Shown here piece after piece: positions 25,891 to 35,698 of a stretch of 35,698 bases of DNA. Source of the stretch: Parvularia atlantis. Lineage: Eukaryota. The position numbers and the translations under genes were made by a program. The notes beneath the pieces are model-generated. The model was not told the DNA's origin. It saw nothing but the letters and a program-made list of their open reading frames with translations, and searched no databases. Every line of letters starts with the position of its first letter. Positions within the stretch are counted from its first letter, which is position 1. The DNA is taken from the NCBI GenBank assembly GCA_943704415.1, contig CALSCO010000369.1, positions 1 to 35,698 on the forward strand, in the 5' to 3' direction.

Positions 25891-26467
25891 ACGACGTGCT
25901 CGCGACAAGGCACTGACGTGTGCGCGCTCGCTGCAGCGGCCCTTCATCTGCGGCGCAAGAAGGCCGTCAAGGAGGTCATTGACCGGCGCACGGCCACGCT
26001 CGCCAACCTCGAGGCCGTCGCGCTGCAGATCGATGAGCTGCAGCTCAACAGCGAGGTGCGCCCGAGCGCGCGCATCGGTGTGTGAACCGCTGATCCGCCG
26101 CGTGACGCGCAGATCGTAGACGCGATGGCGCAGGGCACGGCGGCGCTGCGCCACCTGCTCACGGGCGCGTCGGTCGACGCGGTCGAGGACGCGATGGACA
26201 GCCTGCAGGACGCGGTGGCCGACGCGCGCGAGGTGACGTCGGCGCTGGCCCAGGACGGTGCGTCTTTGGGTGGTGAAAGTGCGATGGGGCAGCTGACGTC
26301 GCGGTGCAGCGACGGCCGAGGTCGACGACGCCGAGCTCGAGCGTGAGCTGGACGCGCTGCTGGTGCACGAGCAGCTGGCCGATCCGCCCGCCGCACCCGC
26401 TGCACCCGCCGCACGCGAGCCGGCCGCCACGAAGCCCAAAGCCAACCGCGAGGCCGTTGCAGCGTGA
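24779..26467 (+). CDS. CHMP7: CHMP7/Cmp7 (ESCRT-II-like winged helix + Snf7 ESCRT-III domain)
   Basis: N-terminal RAMYSQL...N...HDARLAFWRDAL and PRSLPYILARM; Snf7 region ALHLRRKK...LANLEAVALQI...IVDAMAQGTAALR...VDAVEDAMD...DDAELERELDAL. Confidence 0.85.
25843..25888. repeat. (GT)n microsatellite forming the 5' end of a CHMP7 intron
   Basis: About 23 perfect GT units read directly; the first GT is the predicted donor after an 18-nt microexon (25825-25842). Confidence 0.9.
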
Positions 26468-26521
26468 TGTACGTCCTGTGCGCCAAGCAGCAGCAGATGT
26501 GGCGGACGTGTTTTCAGTGTG

Positions 26522-28300
26522 ATGCACGCTACGTCGGACGGTACCAGCAAGCGTGGAGGGGACGACGACGGCTGCATCGACCCGGCCCGCTTCTACGCGC
26601 CCAAGGCGCGCGTGCTGCTGCGGACGGCGCCGTGCGTCCGCGTCTGTGCCGCACCGCGCGCGTCGTGCGGCTGCTGACGTCCGCGTCGGCGCGCGCGCGC
26701 GCGCTCGGGGCGGGAACGCAGTGCCGAGCAGCCCGCCGTGCGCATGTGGTTCAGCGTCCTCCGCGCCCTCGACACGCCCGGCCAGGCGCTGCCCGAGCGG
26801 TTCAACGCGCGGCCGGCGCGCGACGTCTGGCGCACGTTCGTGAAGCAGGCCGACGCGCTCTCGTTCCTCGTCGCCGGCGCTGACGAGCTGCACCGTGCGC
26901 CGCTCTTCTGTTTGCCCTCCTCTATCTCTGACCCCTTGCGAGCGAGCGCGCAGTATTCGCGTACGAGAACGAGCACACGGGCGCGCACGGCGGGCGGCGC
27001 TTCCTCGTCACGTCATACGCGACGTTCTGGCGGCGGTACAAGTGCGCGCGCGCCGTCAGCACAGGGATAACGCAACTCGTCACTGATCGCGCGCGGACTG
27101 CCAGGGCCGCGCCCGCGGACGAGCGGCACCACTACGAAGTCATCCGCGAGAACACGCCGTGCCGGCTGTACTTTGACCTAGAGTATGCGCGCGCGCTCAA
27201 CGCGGATCACGACGGGCCGGCGATGGTGCGGCTGTTCAAGGTCCGCGCTCCGTGCGCGGCGCGTGATCGTGACGGCGGGCCGACGCGGTGCGCGCCCGCG
27301 GTGCAGGAGCTGCTGTGCGCAGGGCTGCGGCGCCTGCTCGGCGTCGAGGTGCAGCACATCGTTGACCTTGACTCGACCACGCCTGCCAAGTTCTCGCGGC
27401 ACCTGATCGTGCACCTGCGCAACGCCGTCTTTGCCAACAACCAGCACGCGGGTGCGGCGGCGGCGCGATGGCGGCAACGTGCGCGCTCACTCGCCCGGTA
27501 TAGGTGCGTTTGTGCTCAACTGGCTGCACACGCTGCACGAGGACGCCGCGCTGCGCGTCGACGCCGAGCGCCTGCGCGTGCGCGACGACGCCGGCGGAAC
27601 GCGCTTCTTTGTCGACGACGCCGTCTACACGCGCAACCGCTCGTTCCGCCTGTACCGCTCGAGCAAGTACGGCAAGCCGCAGACGCTCGAGATGGCCCCC
27701 GGCTATGCGCCGCTCGAGCCCGCTGGCACCTTTGCCTTCTTCCGCAGCACCCTTGTCAGCGCCGTGGGCGAGCCCGGCGACGGCACGCGCGTCCTTCAGT
27801 GCGAGCTTTTGCCCGCCGCGTCGCAGCGTGCGCACGCCGTGGGGCTGCGGTTGAGCGGCGCGCCCGAGGACCGCGGCGAGCGCTCGCCCTACCCGCGCAT
27901 CGACGCGCACATCCTCGCCTACATCCGCGCACTCCCCGGCGGCGCGGGCAGCGGCGCGTACCTGCGCTCGGCCACGTTCTTCCCCGAGGGCAAGCGCGTC
28001 GTGTACCACGTCGGCGGCGATCGTTTCTGTGCCAACGTCGGGCGACAGCACCGCTCCAATCACGTGTTTTACGTCGCGGACCTGCGCCACGGCCTCTTTG
28101 TGCAGCGCTGCACGGACCCGGATTGCCGCCAGCAGACGTTCCAGTCGGACGCGCAGCCGCTCCCGCTCGAGCTTAACCCGTTTTCGAGTGCGGACGACGA
28201 GATTAGCGACGACGTCCTCGCAGCGGTCGACGTAGACGCGGAGCTTGACGACGCCGTTCTTGCTGCCGTCGACCTCGACGCCGTGGCCGCCGGCGCCTAA
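26522..28300 (+). CDS. PRIMPOL: DNA-directed primase/polymerase PrimPol (AEP domain + C-terminal Zn finger); 5 introns
   Basis: RRFLVTSY, HHYEVIRENTPCRLYFDLEY (motif I), KFSRHLI (motif II), FVDDAVYTRNRSFRL...SSKYGK (motif III) and Zn finger RFCANVGRQHRSNH...QRCTDPDC. Confidence 0.95.
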
Positions 28301-28339
28301 CCTTCCGCTTCTTTTGGACTTTTTCTTCTTCTTTCAAGG

Positions 28340-28619
28340 GGACAGTGTCTGCGGCGGACTGGCGCGCGCACGTACGCGCCAGCACAAACAGGTGGCGGTC
28401 TTCCTGCCGACCGTGACGCCCTTCTTCTCCTGAGGAACCAGTCGTCACGGTCAGCTAGCGACACAGAGGACAGTGTGTGTGCGGTGGACTGGCGCGCCAC
28501 GCTCGTACCGCCGTCGTCGTCGCGGTTGCAGCCGTCGTCGCGGCCGCGTCGGCCACGCACCCACCGCCGTCGTCGTCGCGGTTGGGTCCGCAGCAGCCGT
28601 CGTCGCGGTCGCGTTGGCC
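28340..28619. repeat. Two pairs of imperfect direct repeats in the PrimPol-methyltransferase spacer
   Basis: Pair A: ggacagtgt...gcgg(c/t)ggactggcgcgc at 28340-28367 and 28468-28497. Pair B: accgccgtcgtcgtcgcggttg...cagccgtcgtcgcgg at 28507 and 28563, the second copy with a 9-nt insertion. Confidence 0.8.
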
Positions 28620-28702
28620 TTGCCGTTTTGTAGTCTGCCATCAGGCACGCCGTCGTGCGCGCGCCCCTCGGAGTGAGCCTGTGTCGTGTCACTTTGACCC
28701 AG

Positions 28703-29455
28703 ATGGACGACCTGTTCGGAACCACATCGGCTGGCGGTGAGGACGAGGGCGCGGGCTTCGTGGAGCAGCGCGAGGAGCGGACGGTCGAGCTGTGCGCGGG
28801 CACGCCGCCCGTGCGCGTGGTCGAGCGCAACTTCCACCCGCTCAACGCGGACCGGGTGTGGCCGGGCACGGCGGTGCTGGCGCAGTGGCTGCACGGCGCG
28901 GCCGGCGCGGCTGTCGTGCGCGATCGCCACGTGCTCGAGCTGGGCGCGGCGACGGGCGTGCTGGCGGCGTGGGCGCTGGCGGCGGCGCGGCTACCGATCG
29001 CGTCTTGGACGACGTCCGACTACGACGACGCGGCCGACGACGTGCACGACCGTGACGACGCGCCTTCGACAACGATCGCCGACGCCATCCGCGAGACGTG
29101 CGCGCTGAACGGGTGCGCGCCGCCGCCGCCGCACTGGCCGCACACGTGGGGCGCGCCGGTCGACGTGGCGACGGCGCGCGCGCGGCACGGCGTCGACCTG
29201 TGCGCGGTCGACGTCGTCGTGGCCAGCGACATCCTGCTCTACGTCAAGCAGTACGCGGCGCTCACGGCGACGTTGCGCGCGCTGCTGCTGCTGCCGCGCG
29301 CGAAAGGCGCCACCGGGCCGCCGCCGCGCGTCGTGATCCTGTCGTGCCAGCGGCGCATTGGCGAGTGGCAGCAGCACTTTCTCGACGGCGCCACGGCCGC
29401 CGGGCTGCGCTGGGAGCATCTCGGGCGACGCATCTACCGCGTCGTCCTCGCGTGA
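28703..29455 (+). CDS. Class I SAM-dependent protein lysine methyltransferase (METTL21/METTL23-like, Methyltransf_16 family), single exon
   Basis: Motifs VWPGTAVLAQWL, VLELGAATG, TTSDY, HTWG and DVVVASDILLY in an uninterrupted 250-aa ORF. Confidence 0.88.
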   Translation: MDDLFGTTSAGGEDEGAGFVEQREERTVELCAGTPPVRVVERNFHPLNADRVWPGTAVLAQWLHGAAGAAVVRDRHVLELGAATGVLAAWALAAARLPIASWTTSDYDDAADDVHDRDDAPSTTIADAIRETCALNGCAPPPPHWPHTWGAPVDVATARARHGVDLCAVDVVVASDILLYVKQYAALTATLRALLLLPRAKGATGPPPRVVILSCQRRIGEWQQHFLDGATAAGLRWEHLGRRIYRVVLA

Positions 29456-29532
29456 GGTGCAGACGTGCTGTGTAACGCGCAGGTTCGCTTCGACAACGAC
29501 ACAGGTCGTGCTGTCCACGTTCCGACGCGCGG

Positions 29533-31722
29533 ATGGACGAGATCGCGGCGGTGCTGCCCGCGGCCGACGCGCGCGCGCTCTACACGGCCGTGCTGCGCCC
29601 GCTGGCGGCGGCGGCCGATGCGCGGGCCGCGCGCACGTCGCTCGCGCTGCTGCTGCTGCCGCCGTCCGACGCCGCGGCCACCGCGCGCTGGGCCGCCGTC
29701 GACCACGACGCCGTCGCTGCTGCCGCCGCGATCGACATCGGCGCCGACGAGACGCGCGTCGCCGTGCGTCGTGCCGCCACCGCCTGCTGCTGCGGCGGCT
29801 GCTGCGGCTGCTGCTGACCGACGACGACGAGGACGCAGCTGGCGCTGATCGCGGCCGTCGCCGCATCGCCACGAAGCGCCGTCGCGGATCGCGTGCACGA
29901 CGACGCCCTCACGGCCCTCGTCGCACACGGCGTGCTCATGACCGTGCGCTGCTGCTGCTGCTGCTGCTGCTGTCAAAGGTGCTGATCGTCGTCGTCGTGG
30001 GCCACGCAGAACGAGCCGACGCGCACGTCCCTCGCGATCGAGATGGCGCGGGCGCGCGCGCACCGGGCGGCGGAGCAGCGACCGCGCGCCATCGCCGCGT
30101 ACCGCAAGCTGCTCGCGTGCGTCGTGTGGACCGCGGGCGCGACGGACGGGCGCTTAACGAGGCGGCCGCAGACGCGCACCGCACGCCGTCGAGGCCGCGA
30201 TTGAGCTGCTGATGCTCGGCGTGCCCGACGGCGACGTGCGCGCGCTGCTCGCCGACGACGTGCGCGCCCGCTGCGGGCCGTTCCTGGCCGCCGTCGCGCA
30301 CCTGGCCGCGCAAAACTACCCTGGTGCGTGGGCCCTGCCTCGTGCGACGTGCGGGCGTGCTGATCGCCGTCGCAGCCGCCGTCGACGCCCTCGCCGCCCT
30401 CGTCGCCAAGGACCCGCGGCAGCCCGTGTACGCGGCGTACCTCGGCATCGCGTACACGCGCGAGGCACGGCACACCGCGGCCGTGTGCGCCTTCGAGCAG
30501 GTGCGCCTGTGCCTGCCGCCGCTGCTGCCTTGCCGTCTGAGCGCGCACCAGGCGCGCGCCCTCGACCCGTACGGCTTCCTCGGCATGGACGCCTACGTCG
30601 AGTGCCTCATGCACATTGGGTGCGAGGCCGACGCGCAGCAGTGCGTTGTTGCGCGCGCACACGAGCTGCCCGCTCACGCAAAGGCCGCACGCCACCAGCG
30701 TCGCCGACGACCTCATTGCGCTCGACAGCCGGCGGCCCGAGGGCTGGGTCGCGCAGGGCCACTGCGCGTCGCTGCGTGACCCCAAGAAGGCCTTCGTCTT
30801 CATCGACAAGGTGGCGGCGCGCACCCCGCTCGGCAGCCTTGCTCACTGACGTGCGCCAACGCGCCCAGGCCTTTGCAATCGACCGCAGCTACCAGCCGGC
30901 GTACTGCTGTCAGGGCGACGTGCTCTACAACATGGAGATGTTTGCCGAGGCCAGCCACGCCTACCACCGCGCGTTCAAGCTGCAGGCCGACATCGAATCG
31001 ATCCAGGGCGCGCGCGCGCCTCACCGCCTCGCAGCTGCGCGTCTACTCAACCGCGCGTCTCGCAGGCATGGCCCAGTGCAACCTGCAGCTCGGCAAGCTC
31101 AACGAGGCCCTCGGCTTCGCCAAGATGGCGCTCGACCACGCACCCAACCTCGCGCGCGCCCTGGCCATGGCCGGCGCGATTTTTGCGCGCGACGACAAGA
31201 AGCACGACAAGGCATGTGCGCGTCGTCCTTGTGTACGCTTTTGCTGACGACCGGCGCAGGCCGTCAAGGCGCTCGAGCGCGCGCTGCAGAGCGACAGCAC
31301 GTGTCAGGAGGCGCTGCTGGCGCTCGTGTCGCTGCACGTCGGCCACCGGGACTACGACCAGGCCGTGGCCGTGTGCGTCCGCGTGTTGCTGTGCCATGTT
31401 GTCGACGCTGACGAGCGCCGCACGCCCCGCAGCATCAACCGGTTCCTGCACGTGCAGGGCAGCGAGAACGTGCATACGCGCCTGGGCGACGTCCACGTGC
31501 TGCGCCGCGACTACGCCCAGGCCATCACCAACTACAACATCGCGCTCACGTGCGCGCGCCCGCCGGCCGCGGTGTTGCTCGCCGTCCTGACGCCGATGCC
31601 GCGGCAGCCTCAACCGGCACTCGCAGCGCGCCAAGGACGGCCTGCAGCGCCTCGAGCGCGTCATGCTGGGCATGCAGGACCCGACCGTCGAGGTGACCGC
31701 GGCCGAGGACGACGGCCAGTGA
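29533..31722 (+). CDS. ANAPC7: Anaphase-promoting complex subunit 7-like TPR protein; about 10 introns
   Basis: Spliced TPR array: FEQARALDPYGFLGMDAY, LDSRRPEGWVA, ESIQGMAQC, NEAL...AK, DKAVKALERAL, VHTRLGDV, NYNIAL...N...AKDGLQRLER, then an acidic tail. The N-terminal third is divergent and less certain. Confidence 0.82.
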
Positions 31723-31931
31723 GACGCACGCAGAGCGAGGGCGGCCAGGGAGACCAGGCGAGCAATGTACACTTGTGCGTGGGGCAGGTGACGGTGAAGG
31801 GGTTGGTAGTGGGTGATTTTTTTTTTTTTGCAGAAAGCGAAGCGGTGGGGAAGGGTAGGCGCAGGGGCGTCGAACGCCGCGGCGGTGCATGGTCGGAGTA
31901 TGGTGTGTGCAGGGTGAGCGCTGTCACGAGC

Positions 31932-34900
31932 TCAGGCAGCGGCGGTCTCCAAGTCGAGCGAGCCGCGCCCAGACGGCAGCGCGTCGTCGTGGTCAGGCGA
32001 GCGCTTGCCCTTGTCCGAGCCACCCGAGCCCTTGCGTTCCTTCTTGAGCGTGAGCGACTGGAAGTGCGCACGGGCCAGCGCTGGTGCCAGCACGTCCGCA
32101 AGGCACGCCGCCATGTCCATCTCGGCCGGACCAAACGCCGTCAGGCGGTAAATGTCGATCACGCCGACGACGTGCTTTGTGACCGACGGGGGCAGGGGCG
32201 GCGTGCCCTGCAGCGGCGACCCGGCGCCGTCCGAGCCCGCAGCGGGCAGGCCGTCGGGCAGTACCAGCGACTGGCGCTTCTTGACCGGCTCGACAAAGCC
32301 CTTGGGCCGCATGATCGGCACAACGAGGCGGTGGCCCGGCCTCTGCACGTGCGGGAACGCGCGGATCTTGGCCTGCGCGGGCGCACGGTCAACGATCGCC
32401 AGCACAGCATCGCCCGCAGGCGCGCACCTGCTGCTCGTCCGCGGCCGCGCCGTTGTCGCGCGAGCCGGCCGCGCGGAACGCCGCGATCACCTCGGGCGAC
32501 ATCACGAGCATGTGGCGCTTCATCATGGTGCCGCCGTCTGCGACTCGCACGCATGAGACGCACTGTAGCAACGCAAGGCGCCCCAGGCACACGCACCGCG
32601 TCCATCGCCGTCGCCGAGCAGCGGCGCGGCGAGCGGCGACGTCGGCGACTGCGTGGCGTGGTCGAGCGGCGCGCTGCGGCCGCGCATGAGACGGCGCAGC
32701 AGCGGACCGGCTGCCGCACGCACTGCTTGGGCGACTTGGGCGCGTGCGGCAACCAGTACTGCAGCCGCTCGTGTGACTTGCTGAGCACGGCGAGCATGAC
32801 CGAGTGCGCCGCAAAGACCTTCTTGAAGAACTGCGGCACGTGCACAAAGTACCGCGCTGGGTCGTCGCGGGCATCCTTTGTGTGCGCGCGCGTGCTCGTC
32901 AGCGGCGGCCGCCCCGATCATGCGCCCGAGCGCACCTGCAGCACCATCGTCGACAGCTGCAGCATGCACACCGACTTGGCCAGCAGGCGCTCCGTCTCGG
33001 TGTACAGGCTGCGGCGCGACGGGTTCGGGCTGGCCGTGCGCGAGCTGCAGCGGGTCGCGGCGTCAGCTGTGCACACGTGCAGACCCGAGTGCAAAACTCA
33101 CCCGCCCGTGAACGTCATGCCGGCCTGCTTCTGGCTGAGCAGCGCGGGCTCTTGCAGCACCGAGGCCGTCAGCTCGCGCGCGATCGACGCGTCGAGCTCG
33201 GGGAACCACGGGTAGATCCCATCGACCGACGTGTCGTCATCGCTCTCGTTCACGCGGTCAATTGACGACACTGACGGCGTTCTCCCGTGCAAGACGGTGC
33301 GGGGCTGCGGCCCTACGTCAGCCGCATGAGCGCAAAAGCGGCCACGCGCGCACCGACAGCCGCGCGACGATGTTGCCCGGGATCGTGACCGTGCCGGACG
33401 CGACGCTCAGCCGCCGCTGCTTCAGGATGAGCTGCGCGGCGTCCCGCGCGGCCATGTCGGCGCTGCCGGCCGAGCCCGGCGCGGCCTGGCGCTTCATCTG
33501 CTCCAGCAGCGCTTGCCATTGCTGCGCGTTCTTGCGTCAGGCGCGACCGAACACCAGCAGCGCGGACAGCGCACCACGCGGTTCTCGGTCAGGTAGTCGG
33601 TGAAGACCGACAACGACGGCAGGTACCGGCTGACGATGTTGACGAACGGCTGCACGATGAAGTCCTGCGCGGGCGCGGCAGCGTTCAGCCAGTGGGTGTG
33701 TTCACCGCCTGCGGGCGCGTGCCTGGAAGCCCAGGGCGATCTGTGGCTGCAGCGTCTTGTCGCGGTCCATGTTGGGCGAGGGTGCGAGGTTGTTCAACTT
33801 CTCGAGGTCACCCTGCGCCAGCACGCGCTCAGCCCATGCACCGGCACGCGGCGCCGCGACGCCACCTGCAGAAAAAACTCCTCGACGACCATGTCAGACC
33901 AGCGCTTGGCCATCACCCACGGGCGCGCCGGGTTGGACACGTCGGCCATGTGCAAGATCGCGTTGAGAATAAGCGGCTTGTGCTCGGCTGTGAGCGCGTC
34001 GTCAGCTGCGCGCGGAACACAGAGACGGGCGCAGCACGCACCGTCCGGCGGGCCCTGGCTGCGGTCGTACGAGTCGACAAAGCTGGTGAACTTCTCGCGC
34101 AGGTCAAAGTGCAGCGAGATGTCGGTGGCGAGGATCGCTGAGAGCGAGCGAGCCCGTGGTGAGCAGCGCAGGCGAGCGGGCCATGAGGGCGCACCCTTGA
34201 TGATGATCGAGCGCACGGCCTCGTAGTCCTTCTGCGACAGGTGCCGGAAGATGCCATGCTTGGCCGCGAGCGCGAAGGTCATCGAGCACGAGTAATTTTC
34301 GAGCACGGAGATGTCGTTGTACATGATCGCGAGCTTGGTCGACGCGTGCACCTGCCCGTGGCGTCTCAGCGCACGCGCGCCGCCAACCGTGCCCGGCCGC
34401 ACCTGGTACAGGTTGTTGACGCCCGGGTGCGCGAGGTCGTGGCAGAGCGCGGCGATGAGGATGCCTAGCAGGTCGAGCTTGGTCATGCCAAAGTCGCCGT
34501 GGAGGTCGATGAGCACGTAGTGCACAATCTGCGCCGCGCCGTCAGCGGCCTCTGGCGCAAGCACGCACGCCCGCACCTGGAAGATGTCGAAGCCGTGCAG
34601 GAACGAGTGGTACGGGTTGTCAAAATACCCGCGGTCGACGTCGACGACGAACGCGACAAACTCCTGCTGCGAGATGTTCTGCGATACGACGCGCTGTATC
34701 AGCCCGATGCGCGCGACGCGGCAGCGAGAGCGAGCGCGCACGAGGTACGTGAGCAGGTGCAGCTTCTCGAACGCGGCAACGACGAGCGAGTACAGCTGGC
34801 TGCGCTTGTACGCCCACACGTCGAGCGTGAGCCCGAACGGGTTGAGCGCGCCGGACAGGTACTCTTTGAGCGTCTGCGCACAAGCAGACGGGTGCGCTGA

Positions 34901-35244
34901 GTACACGCAGCGCAGGCTAAGCGGCGCCGCACGCACCCGCTTGCCGAATGTGCTGTCGACCGGGGTGCTGTGCCGCACCGTCTGCCGCACGCTGAAGTTG
35001 TTGAGCGGCACGCGGTTGCCGAGCGCGTTGTTGTCGATCCGCACGCCGCCGGCCGTGATCACGCCACTGCTGTTGCTGTTGCTCCCTCCACCTCCGCTGC
35101 CGCTGCTGCTGCCGGCCGGCGCGAAGCTCTCGACGTGCGCGGCGCGCGGGCCCGCCGCCCTGCGGGATGCGGCGCATCAGCCACGCGCACCGACAAACGA
35201 CACGGCGCGACGCACGGCAGATTGCTCCGCGGCTGCCGGCCCAT
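31932..35244 (-). CDS. Class I 3',5'-cyclic nucleotide phosphodiesterase with a C-terminal GAF-like domain; more than 15 introns
   Basis: NPYHSFLHGFD, AALCHDLAHPGVNN, YNDISVLEN, ILATDIS, LHMADVSNPARPW...WSDMVVEEFFLQGDLEK. Downstream LVVPI...VVGVIDIYR..AFGPAE...LADVLAPALARA. Start MGRQPRS inferred from an in-frame first intron. Confidence 0.88.
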
Positions 35245-35439
35245 GTTCGCCTGCGTTGCTGTGGACGGGAGGGTTGACGCGGCGAGGGGCGGGGTGGCGC
35301 GCGACGACGAGAGGGGGGAACGCGGCGGGCAACGAGGAGAGGCGGCGCCGCACACGGCACAAGGGGCGCAAGCGAAGCAACGATCTGGCCACGCGCGCTG
35401 GCCAGCCGTGACGTATGGTGACACTTTTCGTGTTGTTGT

Positions 35440-35609
35440 GTGGTGCTTGCTTGTCCTGCTTGTGGTGCTTGTGGTGGTGGTGCTGCTGCTGCTGCTGCTG
35501 CTGCTTGTGGTGCTTGTGGTGCTGCTGCTGCTTGTGGTGCTTGTGGTGCTGCTGCTGCTTGTGGTGCTTGTGGTGCTGCTGTTGCTTGTGCTGCTGCTGC
35601 TGTTGCTTG

Positions 35610-35698
<89 letters not shown>
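35440..35698. repeat. Compound (CTG)n microsatellite with interspersed CTTGTGGTG units, running off the window end
   Basis: Repeated cttgtggtg units and a long perfect ctg run read directly. Confidence 0.92.

Noticed and set aside
26522..28300. PrimPol as the replicase of a mobile element or virus
   Set aside because: Host-style introns, cellular PrimPol Zn finger, no integrase, capsid or terminal repeats nearby.
28340..28619. CRISPR-like array
   Set aside because: Only two copies of each unit, no regular repeat-spacer period, eukaryotic context, no cas genes.
35224..35244. N-myristoylation of the PDE (MG start)
   Set aside because: MGRQPRS is a poor match (Arg at position 3, no Ser/Thr at position 6), and the start itself is inferred.

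Overview
Eukaryotic, very GC-rich and extremely compact locus with about 15 intact protein-coding genes. They are split by well over 100 short introns (mostly ~45-75 nt), so the ORF track is largely fragments and antisense shadows. Reconstructed by hand-splicing, in order: a decayed Crinkler-type nuclease fragment, ELMOD, PCF11, an mpaB/Lcp-type oxygenase, PIG-Z, SNX17, DNA ligase IV, a frameshifted FNR-type reductase remnant, Esa1/KAT5, a MOZART2-like microprotein, a kelch-propeller multi-pass membrane protein, an ACOT11/12-like thioesterase-START, CHMP7, PrimPol, a lysine methyltransferase, APC7 and a class I phosphodiesterase. Esa1 has a fungal-type tail, yet several genes are of types best known from animals, suggesting (inference only) a unicellular opisthokont such as a nucleariid. 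The most striking observations: frequent GC-AG introns with a GYGCG donor and no polypyrimidine tract, near-zero intergenic spaces, a PDE with a C-terminal GAF and altered nucleotide pocket, a CaaX-tailed ACOT-START, and an MZT1/MZT2 intermediate. All exon structures are manual predictions without transcript evidence.
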